Assembly (NCBI GenBank): GCA_964523895.1
Contig: CAZGBJ010000002.1
Coordinates: 86,898-150,897 of the forward strand
Reading direction: 5' to 3'
Length of the DNA stretch: 64,000 nucleotides
Origin: an uncultured Enterobacteriaceae bacterium
Lineage (GTDB): Bacteria > Pseudomonadota > Gammaproteobacteria > Eutrophobiales > Eutrophobiaceae
This document shows, one piece after another, positions 41,201-51,004 of the stretch (position 1 is its first letter; the number at the start of each line of letters is the position of its first letter). The position numbers and the translations under genes are program-made. Under the pieces are notes generated by a model that saw only the letters and a program-made list of their open reading frames with translations, had not been told where the DNA came from and made no database searches.

Positions 41201-43756
41201 TCATTGATCCAGCATTGCACGTAGTTCATATAATATTGCCAGTGCTTGTTTTGGATTGGTTGAGTCGGGGTCAATGTTTTTTAATTTTTCCAGCAAAGGA
41301 TTTTCATTAAATAAATCAGCTTGTGGTTTTTCTGTGTTTTCTATTGGGCTTTGATGTTCTATTTCATTTAAGCGATTTTTGGCAGCAGTAATAATGGTTT
41401 TTGGAATGCCGGCAAGCGAAGCCACTTGTATGCCATAGCTTTGATTTGCTGGACCCGGTTTTACTGAATGTAGTAAAACGATTTCATCGCCATGTTCAAC
41501 AACATCCATATGTACATTAACAACATTGTTTTCGTGTTCTGGTAAAGACGTTAATTCAAAATAGTGAGTAGCAAATAATGTATATGCACGGGTTACTTTT
41601 GCCAGATGTGAAGCGCAGGCCCAGGCTAATGCCAGCCCATCGTAGGTACTTGTACCGCGACCTATTTCATCCATTAAAATCAGGCTGTTGTTTGTTGCAT
41701 TATTAAGGATGTTTGCCGTTTCAGTCATCTCCACCATGAAGGTTGAACGGCCGCTGGCTAGATCGTCTGAAGCACCGATACGGGTAAATATTCTATCAAT
41801 GGGACCGATGATAGCCTTTTTTGCCGGAACATAACTGCCAATATGAGCAAGCAGTACTATCAACGCTGTTTGACGCATATAGGTTGATTTACCGCCCATA
41901 TTCGGACCAGTAATAATCAGCATTTGGTGATCAGTATCCAACGTTAAGTCATTTGCAATAAAAGGTTCGGACTGAATTTGTTCAACGACAGGGTGTCTTC
42001 CCGCCTCGATAGTAATTACTTTATTCTTTGTCAGGACAGGCGCGGTAAAATTTAACGTTTCAGCAATTTCTGCAAAGCAAAGGTAAATATCAAATTCAGC
42101 AAGTGCCGAAGCACATAGTTGCAGTTTAGATAAATAGTTAGCAATGATATCCAGTAATTGAACATATAGGATTTTTTCGCGTGCTAAAGATTTGTCCTTT
42201 GCACTTAGGATCTTATTTTCAAATTCTTTTAATTCCGGCGTAATGAAACGTTCGCTCGCTTTCAATGTTTGGCGACGATTATAATTGTCGGGGACATCAG
42301 CAGAATGGAGGCGACTGATTTCTATGTAGAAGCCGTGGACGCGATTATAGCCGACCTTTAAACCTTGAATTCCGGTGCGTTGTTTTTCTTGCTCTTCCAG
42401 ATCAGTTAAAAACTTGCCTGCATCATCACTAAGTTGTCTTAATTCATCCAATTCAGAATCATAACCCGCAGCGATAACACCACCATCGCGTATAATCAGC
42501 GGTGGCTCATCTACTAATGCACTGTTTAATGTTTCAAGTAACTCAGGAAATAAGTCAATATCTTGAGACAGGTTGTCGAGTCTGGGACTGTCAATTTTAG
42601 CCAGGTCTTGTTTAATTTCCGGCAAAAGACTCAGGCTGTCTCGAAGTTGTATCAGATCACGTGGTCTTGCTGATTTTAAAGCGACCCGTGACATAATGCG
42701 TTCGATGTCACAAATACCCCGCATGCTTTCATGGAAATCACTATGACATCGATTGTTTATTAATTTTTCTACGGCATCGTGACGTAGCCTTAAGCTGTCA
42801 TGATTGCGTATGGGTTGTTGACACCATCGACGCAATAAACGTCCGCCCATAACGGTTGAAGTTGTATCGATAACATTTAGTAGAGAGTGTGATTTTCCTT
42901 CAACTAGTCCGGTTTCAAGTTCAAGATTACGGCGTGAAATAGCATCGATTTGAATAATATCATCGGCAAGATTTATCTTTGGTGTTTGTAAATGAGGTAA
43001 GCTTATTTTCTGCGTATCATTAAGATATTGAATCAAACATCCCAGTGCTGCTACGCAGGCATCCATATCCTGACAACCGAAACCATTCAGATCGTTAACC
43101 TCATACTGTTGCTTAATAATTGATTCAGCCGTCGTTTGATTAAAGTGCCAGTCAGGACGTTTAGTCAGAATTTTGTTTTGGCTACCTAGTGTTTTTTGAT
43201 CAAATGATTCGCTAATTAATATTTCTGCAGGTTGATATTGCTCAATAATATCTTCTAAAGAGTCACCATGTTCAATTTCTAAAAGAGAGACCTGACCACT
43301 GCTCAGTTCAACAGAAGCTAAACCAATGTGATTTTTTGTTTCGTAAATAGATAATAAAATGTTTGAAACTCGTTCTTCCAGTAAAACCTCTTCAGTTATA
43401 GTTCCGGGTGTGATTATTCGAGCTATTTGTCGCTCAACTGGACCTTTACTGATAGCGGGATCACCGACTTGCTCACAGATAACAATGGATTCACCGAGTT
43501 TGATTAATTTAGCCAGGTAATTATCAACTGCATGGTAGGGCACACCTGCCATCGGGATGGCATTACCGCCTGATTTACCACGTTTAGTCAGGGTAATGTT
43601 TAATAAACGCGCTGCCTTTTTTGCATCTTCGTAGAACAATTCATAAAAATCACCCATACGAAAAAACAACAACATATCGGGGTACTCGGCTTTAAAACCG
43701 AGATACTGCTGCATTACGGGTGTATGTTGTGGGGGCTGCTGTGTTTTTACAGGCAT
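41201..43756 (-). CDS. mutS: DNA mismatch repair protein MutS
   Basis: 851 aa with N-terminal mismatch-binding (…[26 protein letters not shown]) and a Walker A ATPase (GPNMGGKST). Confidence 0.95.
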   Translation of the reverse strand: MPVKTQQPPQHTPVMQQYLGFKAEYPDMLLFFRMGDFYELFYEDAKKAARLLNITLTKRGKSGGNAIPMAGVPYHAVDNYLAKLIKLGESIVICEQVGDPAISKGPVERQIARIITPGTITEEVLLEERVSNILLSIYETKNHIGLASVELSSGQVSLLEIEHGDSLEDIIEQYQPAEILISESFDQKTLGSQNKILTKRPDWHFNQTTAESIIKQQYEVNDLNGFGCQDMDACVAALGCLIQYLNDTQKISLPHLQTPKINLADDIIQIDAISRRNLELETGLVEGKSHSLLNVIDTTSTVMGGRLLRRWCQQPIRNHDSLRLRHDAVEKLINNRCHSDFHESMRGICDIERIMSRVALKSARPRDLIQLRDSLSLLPEIKQDLAKIDSPRLDNLSQDIDLFPELLETLNSALVDEPPLIIRDGGVIAAGYDSELDELRQLSDDAGKFLTDLEEQEKQRTGIQGLKVGYNRVHGFYIEISRLHSADVPDNYNRRQTLKASERFITPELKEFENKILSAKDKSLAREKILYVQLLDIIANYLSKLQLCASALAEFDIYLCFAEIAETLNFTAPVLTKNKVITIEAGRHPVVEQIQSEPFIANDLTLDTDHQMLIITGPNMGGKSTYMRQTALIVLLAHIGSYVPAKKAIIGPIDRIFTRIGASDDLASGRSTFMVEMTETANILNNATNNSLILMDEIGRGTSTYDGLALAWACASHLAKVTRAYTLFATHYFELTSLPEHENNVVNVHMDVVEHGDEIVLLHSVKPGPANQSYGIQVASLAGIPKTIITAAKNRLNEIEHQSPIENTEKPQADLFNENPLLEKLKNIDPDSTNPKQALAILYELRAMLDQ

Positions 43757-43813
43757 GGAAAGCTATTCTAATAAAATAGCCAGGAATTCGCTAGTGGGGT
43801 GTGATGTTTTGAC

Positions 43814-44743
43814 TCAACAGGACAGTGGATTAGCAGAGTCAAGCATTTTGCATTCGATAGCAGCTGACTGCATTCTCATTATTCCCTGAGCGTTGAGAAC
43901 GACACTGTATCGTTGATCACCATTAGGCTCAATATAATTTATACAGGTAGCAGCAAAGGTCCCTGCGGTCGGTGTACCAAAGTACGCTGAATTATTTGTT
44001 GTGTTTCCACCGGTTCGTTTTGATTCAATGTCAGCGCCACCACTCAATGCATGTAATGACCATATAATCCTATCAGCAAAAGGAACAATTAATTCAAAAC
44101 AGTAACCAACATGAACTTTCAGCAGGTTGGCATCTTGAAGTGATTGTGATGAGACTCCACCACCAACTAATCTTGCGTCCCGATACATTAAATTGTCATT
44201 AGGAATGGCTGTTTCAGTTGAGCCATCGACATCGATATCAACGCCAAAATCTGTAAAAGAACTTACACTTGGGTTAACCACGGTAATATTGACTAAACCA
44301 TTACTAATTTCATCTTGCACTTTACGTCTGGCACATATCACACTGTCTGAGTTGAAATTACCAATATTGGCATTGCGAACGTTTTGGGTATTAATATCAA
44401 CTATTTGAGTTGTACCTACTCTAGCTTGTCTGCCGGCATCAGTATTTAAAAAAGTACTAGAGCAATCATTGCTTGTATCTATACTGTAATAGCTGGTGGT
44501 GTAGAGCGGCGCCATATTACTGGCAAAAGCCATTTCCATGTCATCAAGAGAGGCATTGTTTATGCTACCCGTTCTAGCAGTTTGAAAGGCCGCATAGTTG
44601 AGCGTGATTTTAGCTTGGTAGATGAAAGCAAATTGTAATAAGCCCATTATCAGAAGTAACATCACCGGCAAGATAATAAGAAATTCGACCATTGCCTGTG
44701 CGTTAGAAAATTTGTTTAGCTTTTTTAAATAGATTTTACGCAT
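43814..44743 (-). CDS. TadE/TadG-like pseudopilin (Flp-type prepilin-like N-terminus)
   Basis: N-terminus …AQAMVEFLIILPVMLLLIMGL… followed by the TadE-like motif. Confidence 0.65.
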   Translation of the reverse strand: MRKIYLKKLNKFSNAQAMVEFLIILPVMLLLIMGLLQFAFIYQAKITLNYAAFQTARTGSINNASLDDMEMAFASNMAPLYTTSYYSIDTSNDCSSTFLNTDAGRQARVGTTQIVDINTQNVRNANIGNFNSDSVICARRKVQDEISNGLVNITVVNPSVSSFTDFGVDIDVDGSTETAIPNDNLMYRDARLVGGGVSSQSLQDANLLKVHVGYCFELIVPFADRIIWSLHALSGGADIESKRTGGNTTNNSAYFGTPTAGTFAATCINYIEPNGDQRYSVVLNAQGIMRMQSAAIECKMLDSANPLSC

Positions 44744-44778
44744 ACTTATCTAGAGAATATTTTCTCGAATTTGTTTAT

Positions 44779-45237
44779 TCATTTCTGTTCAATAATAGTT
44801 TTAATCCCTTCCAGCAAATCTTTCGCTTTGTCATACAAAGGGTCATCTATATCAGCATACTGTATCATTTCATTTAGACTGTAAGCCGTCTGCTTCAATT
44901 GGACAATGCTTAAGTTATACCAGGCCTTGGTATATTTTGGGTTACGAATTACAGCTTCACGGTATAGAGTAATCGCCGCCGAAGGACGATTAGTACGAAC
45001 AAATATATTAGCCAGTCTGAACCAATTTTGCGCAATTGCAGGTTTTTCTTTAACCAGAATTTGGTAACCTTTTTCGCTCTCTACCAGATCATCATTTAGA
45101 TATGCCGTGTCAGCTTGTTTTTGAATTTCAAAATAGTCGATATTGGCGCTATTGCTAGTTTCTATATTTTCTTCTTTTATGCTTGACGTATTGCAGGCTG
45201 CAAGATTAAACATCAAGATTATTGTTAGTATTCTCAT
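44779..45237 (-). CDS. TPR-repeat lipoprotein (TadD-like)
   Basis: Lipobox LAAC plus TPR repeats. Located within the tad operon. Confidence 0.6.
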   Translation of the reverse strand: MRILTIILMFNLAACNTSSIKEENIETSNSANIDYFEIQKQADTAYLNDDLVESEKGYQILVKEKPAIAQNWFRLANIFVRTNRPSAAITLYREAVIRNPKYTKAWYNLSIVQLKQTAYSLNEMIQYADIDDPLYDKAKDLLEGIKTIIEQK

Positions 45238-45243
45238 ATTAAA

Positions 45244-45597
45244 CTAGGCATTTTCATGCCATTCCAGTTGTTGTCCATTAGTTAATTGTAATCGCTCGAG
45301 GCTATCCGTTGCCAATTCTAATACCATACTTGCGGCACTTGAAGCCGCCATACGCCAGGGCTTTAGTGCCTTAACAGTTTTTATGATAGTCAATTGTTTA
45401 TCGAGAAATACCAGGTCAATGGCATAAGTCATGCCAAAGGTATGTACTGAAGAACAGGGCACGATCAATAAACCTTCGTTTTGTTTAAGCGGGGCTGAGC
45501 CTAAAAGGCCGCGCATTCTGTCAATGAAATTAGTAGTTTTTGAAACGTTCTGTATTACTCGATCATCATTAGCTCTGGTCAAGCAGCCATGGATCAT
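45244..45597 (-). CDS. DUF192-domain protein
   Basis: …GLLGSAPLKQNEGLLIVPCSSVHTFGMTYAIDLVFLD… matches the DUF192 pattern. It overlaps tadC by 4 nt. Confidence 0.7.
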   Translation of the reverse strand: MIHGCLTRANDDRVIQNVSKTTNFIDRMRGLLGSAPLKQNEGLLIVPCSSVHTFGMTYAIDLVFLDKQLTIIKTVKALKPWRMAASSAASMVLELATDSLERLQLTNGQQLEWHENA

Positions 45598-46475
45598 AAC
45601 ATTCCTTCACCCATAAACTTCATGACGATAGGGAAACCAAGAACGATAAATGTAACCGGGAAGATAAACATGATTAATGGACCTACCAGTTTAATTGGTG
45701 CTTCCATTGCCAGCTTTTCTGCACGTTGGAAACGTTCATCGCGGCGTTGTTCGGATTGAACCCTTAAAACAGTTGCAAGCGAAGCCCCCATTTTTTCTGC
45801 CTGAATAATGGAGCTAACAAAGCTGGTGATTTCAGGGATATCAAGTCGTTCTGCCATACGTCTTAAAGCATCTGCACGTGACAGTCCTGAACGTAGATCG
45901 CGAAGTACAATTGCAAATTCATTACGCAATGGCCCAGGAGGTGCTTTTTCCATTGCTTGACCTAATGCACCTTGTAAGTTCAGGCCGCCTTCCACACACA
46001 TAGTAATAAAATCGAGATAGACTGGTAGGCTGCGAATGACAGCAGTATTGCGTTTCTTTCGGGTGTCAGATAACCATATCAACGGCAACATAAAACCAAC
46101 TATTGGCATAAAGATAAACCAGATAGGTTGAAAATTATTGAGGCAGATCATAATAAACAGTGCCATACCAGGTGCGATTATGGCTGAGATGATACGTAGG
46201 GCTATAAATTGTTCTGCATTGAGAAGATATCCTACACCAGAATTAGTAATTTTTGTTTCCGTGCTTTCAAGTATCTCGTAGGGTAAATAGACACAGAAAA
46301 AATTAGCGATGATTTGGATAAAGGGCCAGATTAATTTTAATTTCCAGGATAAAGGATCCATAAATGCCCTGTCATCCTGATTGACCATGGCATAGAGAGT
46401 GCCAATCAGTAATGTAAACAGAATAGTAGCAAGAGCATAAGAGATGATGCTACCTTGAAAATAAATGCTATCCAT
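45594..46475 (-). CDS. tadC: Tad pilus inner-membrane platform protein TadC (T2SS-F fold)
   Basis: T2SS-F domain. The start is set at the internal ATG at 46475 to avoid a 100-nt overlap with tadB. Confidence 0.8.
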   Translation of the reverse strand: MDSIYFQGSIISYALATILFTLLIGTLYAMVNQDDRAFMDPLSWKLKLIWPFIQIIANFFCVYLPYEILESTETKITNSGVGYLLNAEQFIALRIISAIIAPGMALFIMICLNNFQPIWFIFMPIVGFMLPLIWLSDTRKKRNTAVIRSLPVYLDFITMCVEGGLNLQGALGQAMEKAPPGPLRNEFAIVLRDLRSGLSRADALRRMAERLDIPEITSFVSSIIQAEKMGASLATVLRVQSEQRRDERFQRAEKLAMEAPIKLVGPLIMFIFPVTFIVLGFPIVMKFMGEGML

Positions 46476-46489
46476 TATTTCGTATCCTA

Positions 46490-47371
46490 TTAAACATCGA
46501 TACTTGTTATTTTGGTAATCATAAAATAGCCAAGTATCTCCATCATGATGATAATGGACAGAACGATATAACCGATGGTGGTTGTCCATAGCTTACTCAT
46601 GGCTTCTGGTTCCATGAAATTAAGTAATACGCCAAGCAAGACAGGTAGCCCAGTCATCACAATACCTTGAAGTTTACCTTGAGCAGTTAGACTCTGGATT
46701 TTACCTTCCATCATGCCTTTTCGACGTAGGGTTTCTCCCAGCGTTTCCATAGTTTCTGCAAGGTTGCCACCGACTTCACGGTTAATCAGAAGGGCAGTGA
46801 CGAGCATGCCAAAGTCCTGAATAGGAATGCGTTCTTCCATTTTTTTTAATGAATCTTCAAACTCTACCCCGAGCCGTTGTTCTTTGAGGAATAATTCAAA
46901 TTCTTGTGAAAGCGGCGCAGGTTGTTCTTTGACCAAACTTTCAAGAGCAATCGTCAGACTAGCACCGGCACGCATTGCACCAGAAATCATAACCAGGCCA
47001 TCCGGTAATTGCTGTTCAAAGCGTTTCAGGCGTTTATTGCGCATAGAACGATAAAAGAGAGAAGGTAACAAAATAATAACGACCAACATGCCTAAGGTTG
47101 CAGGTAGGTCTTCTGTTATAAACCAGGTCAGGATGGGCAAAACGATAATTGCAACAATATTGATCATAAACATCTGATTGGCATCAATAGATAAAAACAT
47201 ATCAGACATATTACTACTGGCCGTCTGAGTGAAATTCTCTTTGTAATTATCCATAAATGTTTGCGCTTTCCTTAAAAACGCAAACCACAGACAGGCCATC
47301 GTAATAAAAACGGCAGCCAGCGTTAGATAATAACTGGTACCGGCGGTGAAATTGATTATGGCATCAAACAT
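46490..47371 (-). CDS. tadB: Tad pilus inner-membrane platform protein TadB (T2SS-F fold)
   Basis: 293 aa with the T2SS-F domain and characteristic TM topology. Confidence 0.8.
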   Translation of the reverse strand: MFDAIINFTAGTSYYLTLAAVFITMACLWFAFLRKAQTFMDNYKENFTQTASSNMSDMFLSIDANQMFMINIVAIIVLPILTWFITEDLPATLGMLVVIILLPSLFYRSMRNKRLKRFEQQLPDGLVMISGAMRAGASLTIALESLVKEQPAPLSQEFELFLKEQRLGVEFEDSLKKMEERIPIQDFGMLVTALLINREVGGNLAETMETLGETLRRKGMMEGKIQSLTAQGKLQGIVMTGLPVLLGVLLNFMEPEAMSKLWTTTIGYIVLSIIIMMEILGYFMITKITSIDV

Positions 47372-47375
47372 TTTC

Positions 47376-49064
47376 TTAAGAAAATATTGACATATCTACG
47401 GGTAAACCACGTTGACGCATTTCTTCATAAAAGTGGGGTATTGCGCCTGTTGCTTCGAAATGCCCTTTTACTTTACCATTTTCATCAAATCCCTCTTGTT
47501 GATAACGAAAGATGTCTTGCATTGATACGATGCCAGATTCAACGCCTGTTATCTCAGTGATATTGGTAAGGCGACGACTACCGTCGGAGTAGCGAGATAT
47601 TTGAACGATCATGTGAATAGCAGAAGCGACCATTTCCCGAATAGCTGATACAGGTAAATCCAGGCCTGACATCATTACCATGACTTCTAAGCGGGCGATC
47701 ATATCCCGGGGTGTATTCGCATGAGCCGTTGTTAAGGAACCGTCATGGCCGGTATTCATAGCTTGTAACATATCCAGTGTTTCACCACCACGACACTCAC
47801 CAACAACGATTCTATCAGGTCGCATACGTAAACAGTTTTTCACCAAGTCACGAATAGGAATGGCGCCTTTGCCTTCCAGGTTTGCCGGCCGTGCTTCAAG
47901 GCTGACCAGGTGGGGTTGTGTTAATTTTAGTTCTGCAGCATCTTCGACGGTAATGATACGTTCGCCAGGGGGAATAAAATTAGACAAAACATTCAATAAG
48001 GTTGTTTTACCACTGCCAGTACCGCCAGAAATAAGAATGTTCATATGGTTATTAACAGCGGTTTCCAGAAACTGTACCATCCCGTCATTTAATGCGCCAA
48101 AGTTAACCAAATCGGAAGCCTGTAACTTTTGTTTGGCAAATTTTCGAATCGTCAGACAAGGGCCACGTAATGCCAGTGGGGGAATGATGGCGTTAACACG
48201 TGAGCCATCTTTTAATCGGGCATCAACCAGGGGTGAGCTTTCGTCGATGCGCCTTCCCAAAGGGGAAACGATACGCTCGATGGACGTCATGACAGCATCA
48301 TCACTTGAAAATGTGATATCAGATAAGGTGAGCTTGCCAGATTGCTCAATAAAAATTTCATCAAATTTATTGACCATGATTTCTGTGACAGTATCATCAG
48401 CAAGCAATTGTTCTAGCGGTCCTAATCCAACCGCCTCATTCAATACATCCTCTAAAAGTTTTTGCTTATCTACATCAGCGGGTAATTTGGAACCCATCTC
48501 ATCGATGATTTCTTTAACCATACCCTCTACGTGTTTACGTAAACCGTCCTCATCCATACTGCTGATATCAGTGCGACGTAAATCCATTGCCGCGAGTAAT
48601 TCTTCGTGTACTCGGTTACGCCATTTGAATTTTTCGTTGTGCTGCAGGTTGACTATTGTTTTACTGAGTTCTTCTGATTCATCCAGGACTTCATGTTGCT
48701 GAACACCGATGACGGTCTTCATGTCTTCAAAGGCATCGTCATCGTCATCATCGATTTCCTCTGCCGAATCAGCGCTGATACCCGCCTGTATATGGTAACC
48801 CGCAATAATGATTTTATCCGCGGAGCGGATTGGACCATGATGATCAACATCTTCATCATTAACTTCGATGCGACTTTGACCGGTTTTATCTTCTATAAAA
48901 AGGCCTTCAGATGTACGGCTGATGACAGCATGATAGGGAGCTACTTTCCAGCCACGTAATTGTATGAAGTTATCGCGTGCCTTGCCGATAGTGCATTCAG
49001 CAACCGGGCAACTAAAGTTCTTAATTCGTTCGCCTTTACTGTTATTAACTAAAACATCAAACAT
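47376..49064 (-). CDS. tadA: Tad/Flp pilus ATPase TadA/CpaF with N-terminal FHA domain
   Basis: N-terminal FHA (…CTIGKARDNFIQLRGWKVAPYHAVISR…SRIEVND…) and a C-terminal CpaF ATPase (ISGGTGSGKTTLLN; VGECRGGE; HDGSLTTAHAN). Confidence 0.85.
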   Translation of the reverse strand: MFDVLVNNSKGERIKNFSCPVAECTIGKARDNFIQLRGWKVAPYHAVISRTSEGLFIEDKTGQSRIEVNDEDVDHHGPIRSADKIIIAGYHIQAGISADSAEEIDDDDDDAFEDMKTVIGVQQHEVLDESEELSKTIVNLQHNEKFKWRNRVHEELLAAMDLRRTDISSMDEDGLRKHVEGMVKEIIDEMGSKLPADVDKQKLLEDVLNEAVGLGPLEQLLADDTVTEIMVNKFDEIFIEQSGKLTLSDITFSSDDAVMTSIERIVSPLGRRIDESSPLVDARLKDGSRVNAIIPPLALRGPCLTIRKFAKQKLQASDLVNFGALNDGMVQFLETAVNNHMNILISGGTGSGKTTLLNVLSNFIPPGERIITVEDAAELKLTQPHLVSLEARPANLEGKGAIPIRDLVKNCLRMRPDRIVVGECRGGETLDMLQAMNTGHDGSLTTAHANTPRDMIARLEVMVMMSGLDLPVSAIREMVASAIHMIVQISRYSDGSRRLTNITEITGVESGIVSMQDIFRYQQEGFDENGKVKGHFEATGAIPHFYEEMRQRGLPVDMSIFS

Positions 49065-49082
49065 AAGTGTTCCTTGGAAATT

Positions 49083-50567
49083 TTAATAAACGATATCAAG
49101 AGATTTTTCATCAATTACGTTGATGATTTTTTCAATATGATTATTGGTATTTTGAATGTCTCTCTGATTAAGTTCAGACTGTGCATCAAATACGGTAGGT
49201 GTAACAAATATAACCAATTCACTCTTTTTATCTCGGAAGCTTTTGGATTGAAATAGTTGTCCGAGTATGGGTATATCCATAAGGAATTTAAGTCCACTGA
49301 TATCTTTGGATGCCTCCTGATTGAGCAAACCTGACATGACTAACGTTTCACCTGATCTGAGAATAACATCAGCATCAGACGTTCTTGTAAGTAGCCCCGG
49401 AATACCATTAATAGCAACGGAATTATCAATTGAACTAAGTTCGGTCGAGACTTTTGCTCGAACATTGTTATTAATATCTACGACAGGTTGTACAGAAAGT
49501 TTTATACCAAACTGTTTAAACGTCACTGTCGTGCCATTGGTGTTCGATGTTTCTATAGGGAACTCACCACCCGCATGAAAGTTTGCTTCACCACCGCTAC
49601 GAGCTGACAAGCGAGGTTCAGCTAGAATCAATGCATTACCTGAACTAACTGCAAAGTTAATTCGAGATGTGATTTCCGAGACTATACCAAAGTATCCGAG
49701 TGCACTGCGTCCTATCTCAGGCGCCAAACCAGCAAAGGATGTATTTGGCAATTCTGAAGCTGCAAATGTTGCATTACTTACGGCGCTAGAAGCTACCGCA
49801 GCTGCAGGACCAGCAACAGATGAATCCCACTCAACACCCAAAGATTCAAGGTAGTTTTTATTAAAATCAGTGATCTTGGTTTGAACGATCACCATTTTAT
49901 TATCTGGACTTTCCATATTGATACTGTCACCGCTGCGAGTCAGATCCATGACTTCTGCAAATACGCTTTTCACGGTGTCAATTGAGTCTTTATATCCTTC
50001 ATCAATGTTTCCAGTCAGGACAATATGTTCACCGACCAAGCGTACATTTAATCCATCAACATCAGAAAGCATGTCTTCGATTTCCAGTTTCTTTCTGACT
50101 AGAGTATTTACGGCAAAATTGATATTAATGACGACTTCTTCATAGGTTTCTTTGATGCTGTTGATTGAATCTTCATGTCCAAAGGCAACCAGTCCTGACA
50201 GTACAATTCGATCACCAACAATATCTATTGCAAGTCCATCTATATCAGAGAAGATCCCTTCTAATTCAGCTTTTCTTTTAATGAGATTGCCAGATTGTTC
50301 AATGACATGAACGGTGTAATCATCTTCATTGCCGTTATTAAACCAGATATGTAAATTACTGGTGCCAGCGGACTCTGCGATAAGTAGTAATTGGCCATTA
50401 TTGAGCAATGAGTTACTGGCGACTTCAGGATCACCCATTGCGATACGTTCGATATCTCCGAGCCGGAGGATCTTTATCTCACCAACGTAAAGTTCTATTT
50501 GTTCTCCCGCTATACAAATACTTGTTGTAAATAGCAAAAGACTAGCCACGAATATATTTTTAATCAT
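49083..50567 (-). CDS. rcpA: Tad secretin RcpA/CpaC
   Basis: Signal peptide, two BON-like N-terminal repeats and a C-terminal secretin domain (…LVMSGLLNQEASKDISGLKFLMDIPILGQLF…VIFVTP). Confidence 0.85.
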   Translation of the reverse strand: MIKNIFVASLLLFTTSICIAGEQIELYVGEIKILRLGDIERIAMGDPEVASNSLLNNGQLLLIAESAGTSNLHIWFNNGNEDDYTVHVIEQSGNLIKRKAELEGIFSDIDGLAIDIVGDRIVLSGLVAFGHEDSINSIKETYEEVVININFAVNTLVRKKLEIEDMLSDVDGLNVRLVGEHIVLTGNIDEGYKDSIDTVKSVFAEVMDLTRSGDSINMESPDNKMVIVQTKITDFNKNYLESLGVEWDSSVAGPAAAVASSAVSNATFAASELPNTSFAGLAPEIGRSALGYFGIVSEITSRINFAVSSGNALILAEPRLSARSGGEANFHAGGEFPIETSNTNGTTVTFKQFGIKLSVQPVVDINNNVRAKVSTELSSIDNSVAINGIPGLLTRTSDADVILRSGETLVMSGLLNQEASKDISGLKFLMDIPILGQLFQSKSFRDKKSELVIFVTPTVFDAQSELNQRDIQNTNNHIEKIINVIDEKSLDIVY

Positions 50568-50710
50568 GATGTATATTTCCTGATTCCCTTAAACAATATA
50601 TTTTAATTTTTATAAACAGTCGTATTAACTATGACTGATATTTTTTCTAATTTTAGAAACTGATTTATGAGCTAAATACAGCTATGAGTTAGCTCTCTTT
50701 CTGTTTCAAA

Positions 50711-50992
50711 CTAATCCTCGACGGGTAAGTTGACTTGTTTCGCCAACCCATCCTCCGACTGTCCACCTACTATCATTTTTATAGAACGTCCTTTTTGTTT
50801 TTTTATAACCCTGGTACTGATAATTCCTTCAGGCAATTTTTTTGACATAGTGTCTGTATTAATTGTCTGTTTATCATCAGAGCTCATATCCTCCACTAAT
50901 GATTCTTTATAACTGTCTTCTTCTGCTGCAAGTGTAAGATAACTCCATCCCATCATAATAATGATGGGATAGAGCAATGGTCTAATGCGCAT
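50711..50992 (-). CDS. Small secreted protein sharing a C-terminal motif with the CpaB-like protein
   Basis: Signal peptide. Its C-terminus IVGGQSEDGLAKQVNLPVED parallels the CpaB-like C-terminus IIGGASEDGVAKSTTVSVP. Confidence 0.4.
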   Translation of the reverse strand: MRIRPLLYPIIIMMGWSYLTLAAEEDSYKESLVEDMSSDDKQTINTDTMSKKLPEGIISTRVIKKQKGRSIKMIVGGQSEDGLAKQVNLPVED

Positions 50993-51004
50993 AAGCCTTA
51001 ACAG

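Noticed and set aside
47860-48959. 280-aa and 88-aa plus-strand ORFs inside tadA
   Set aside because: Antisense to a highly conserved CpaF ATPase. Ser/Arg-rich low-complexity translations.
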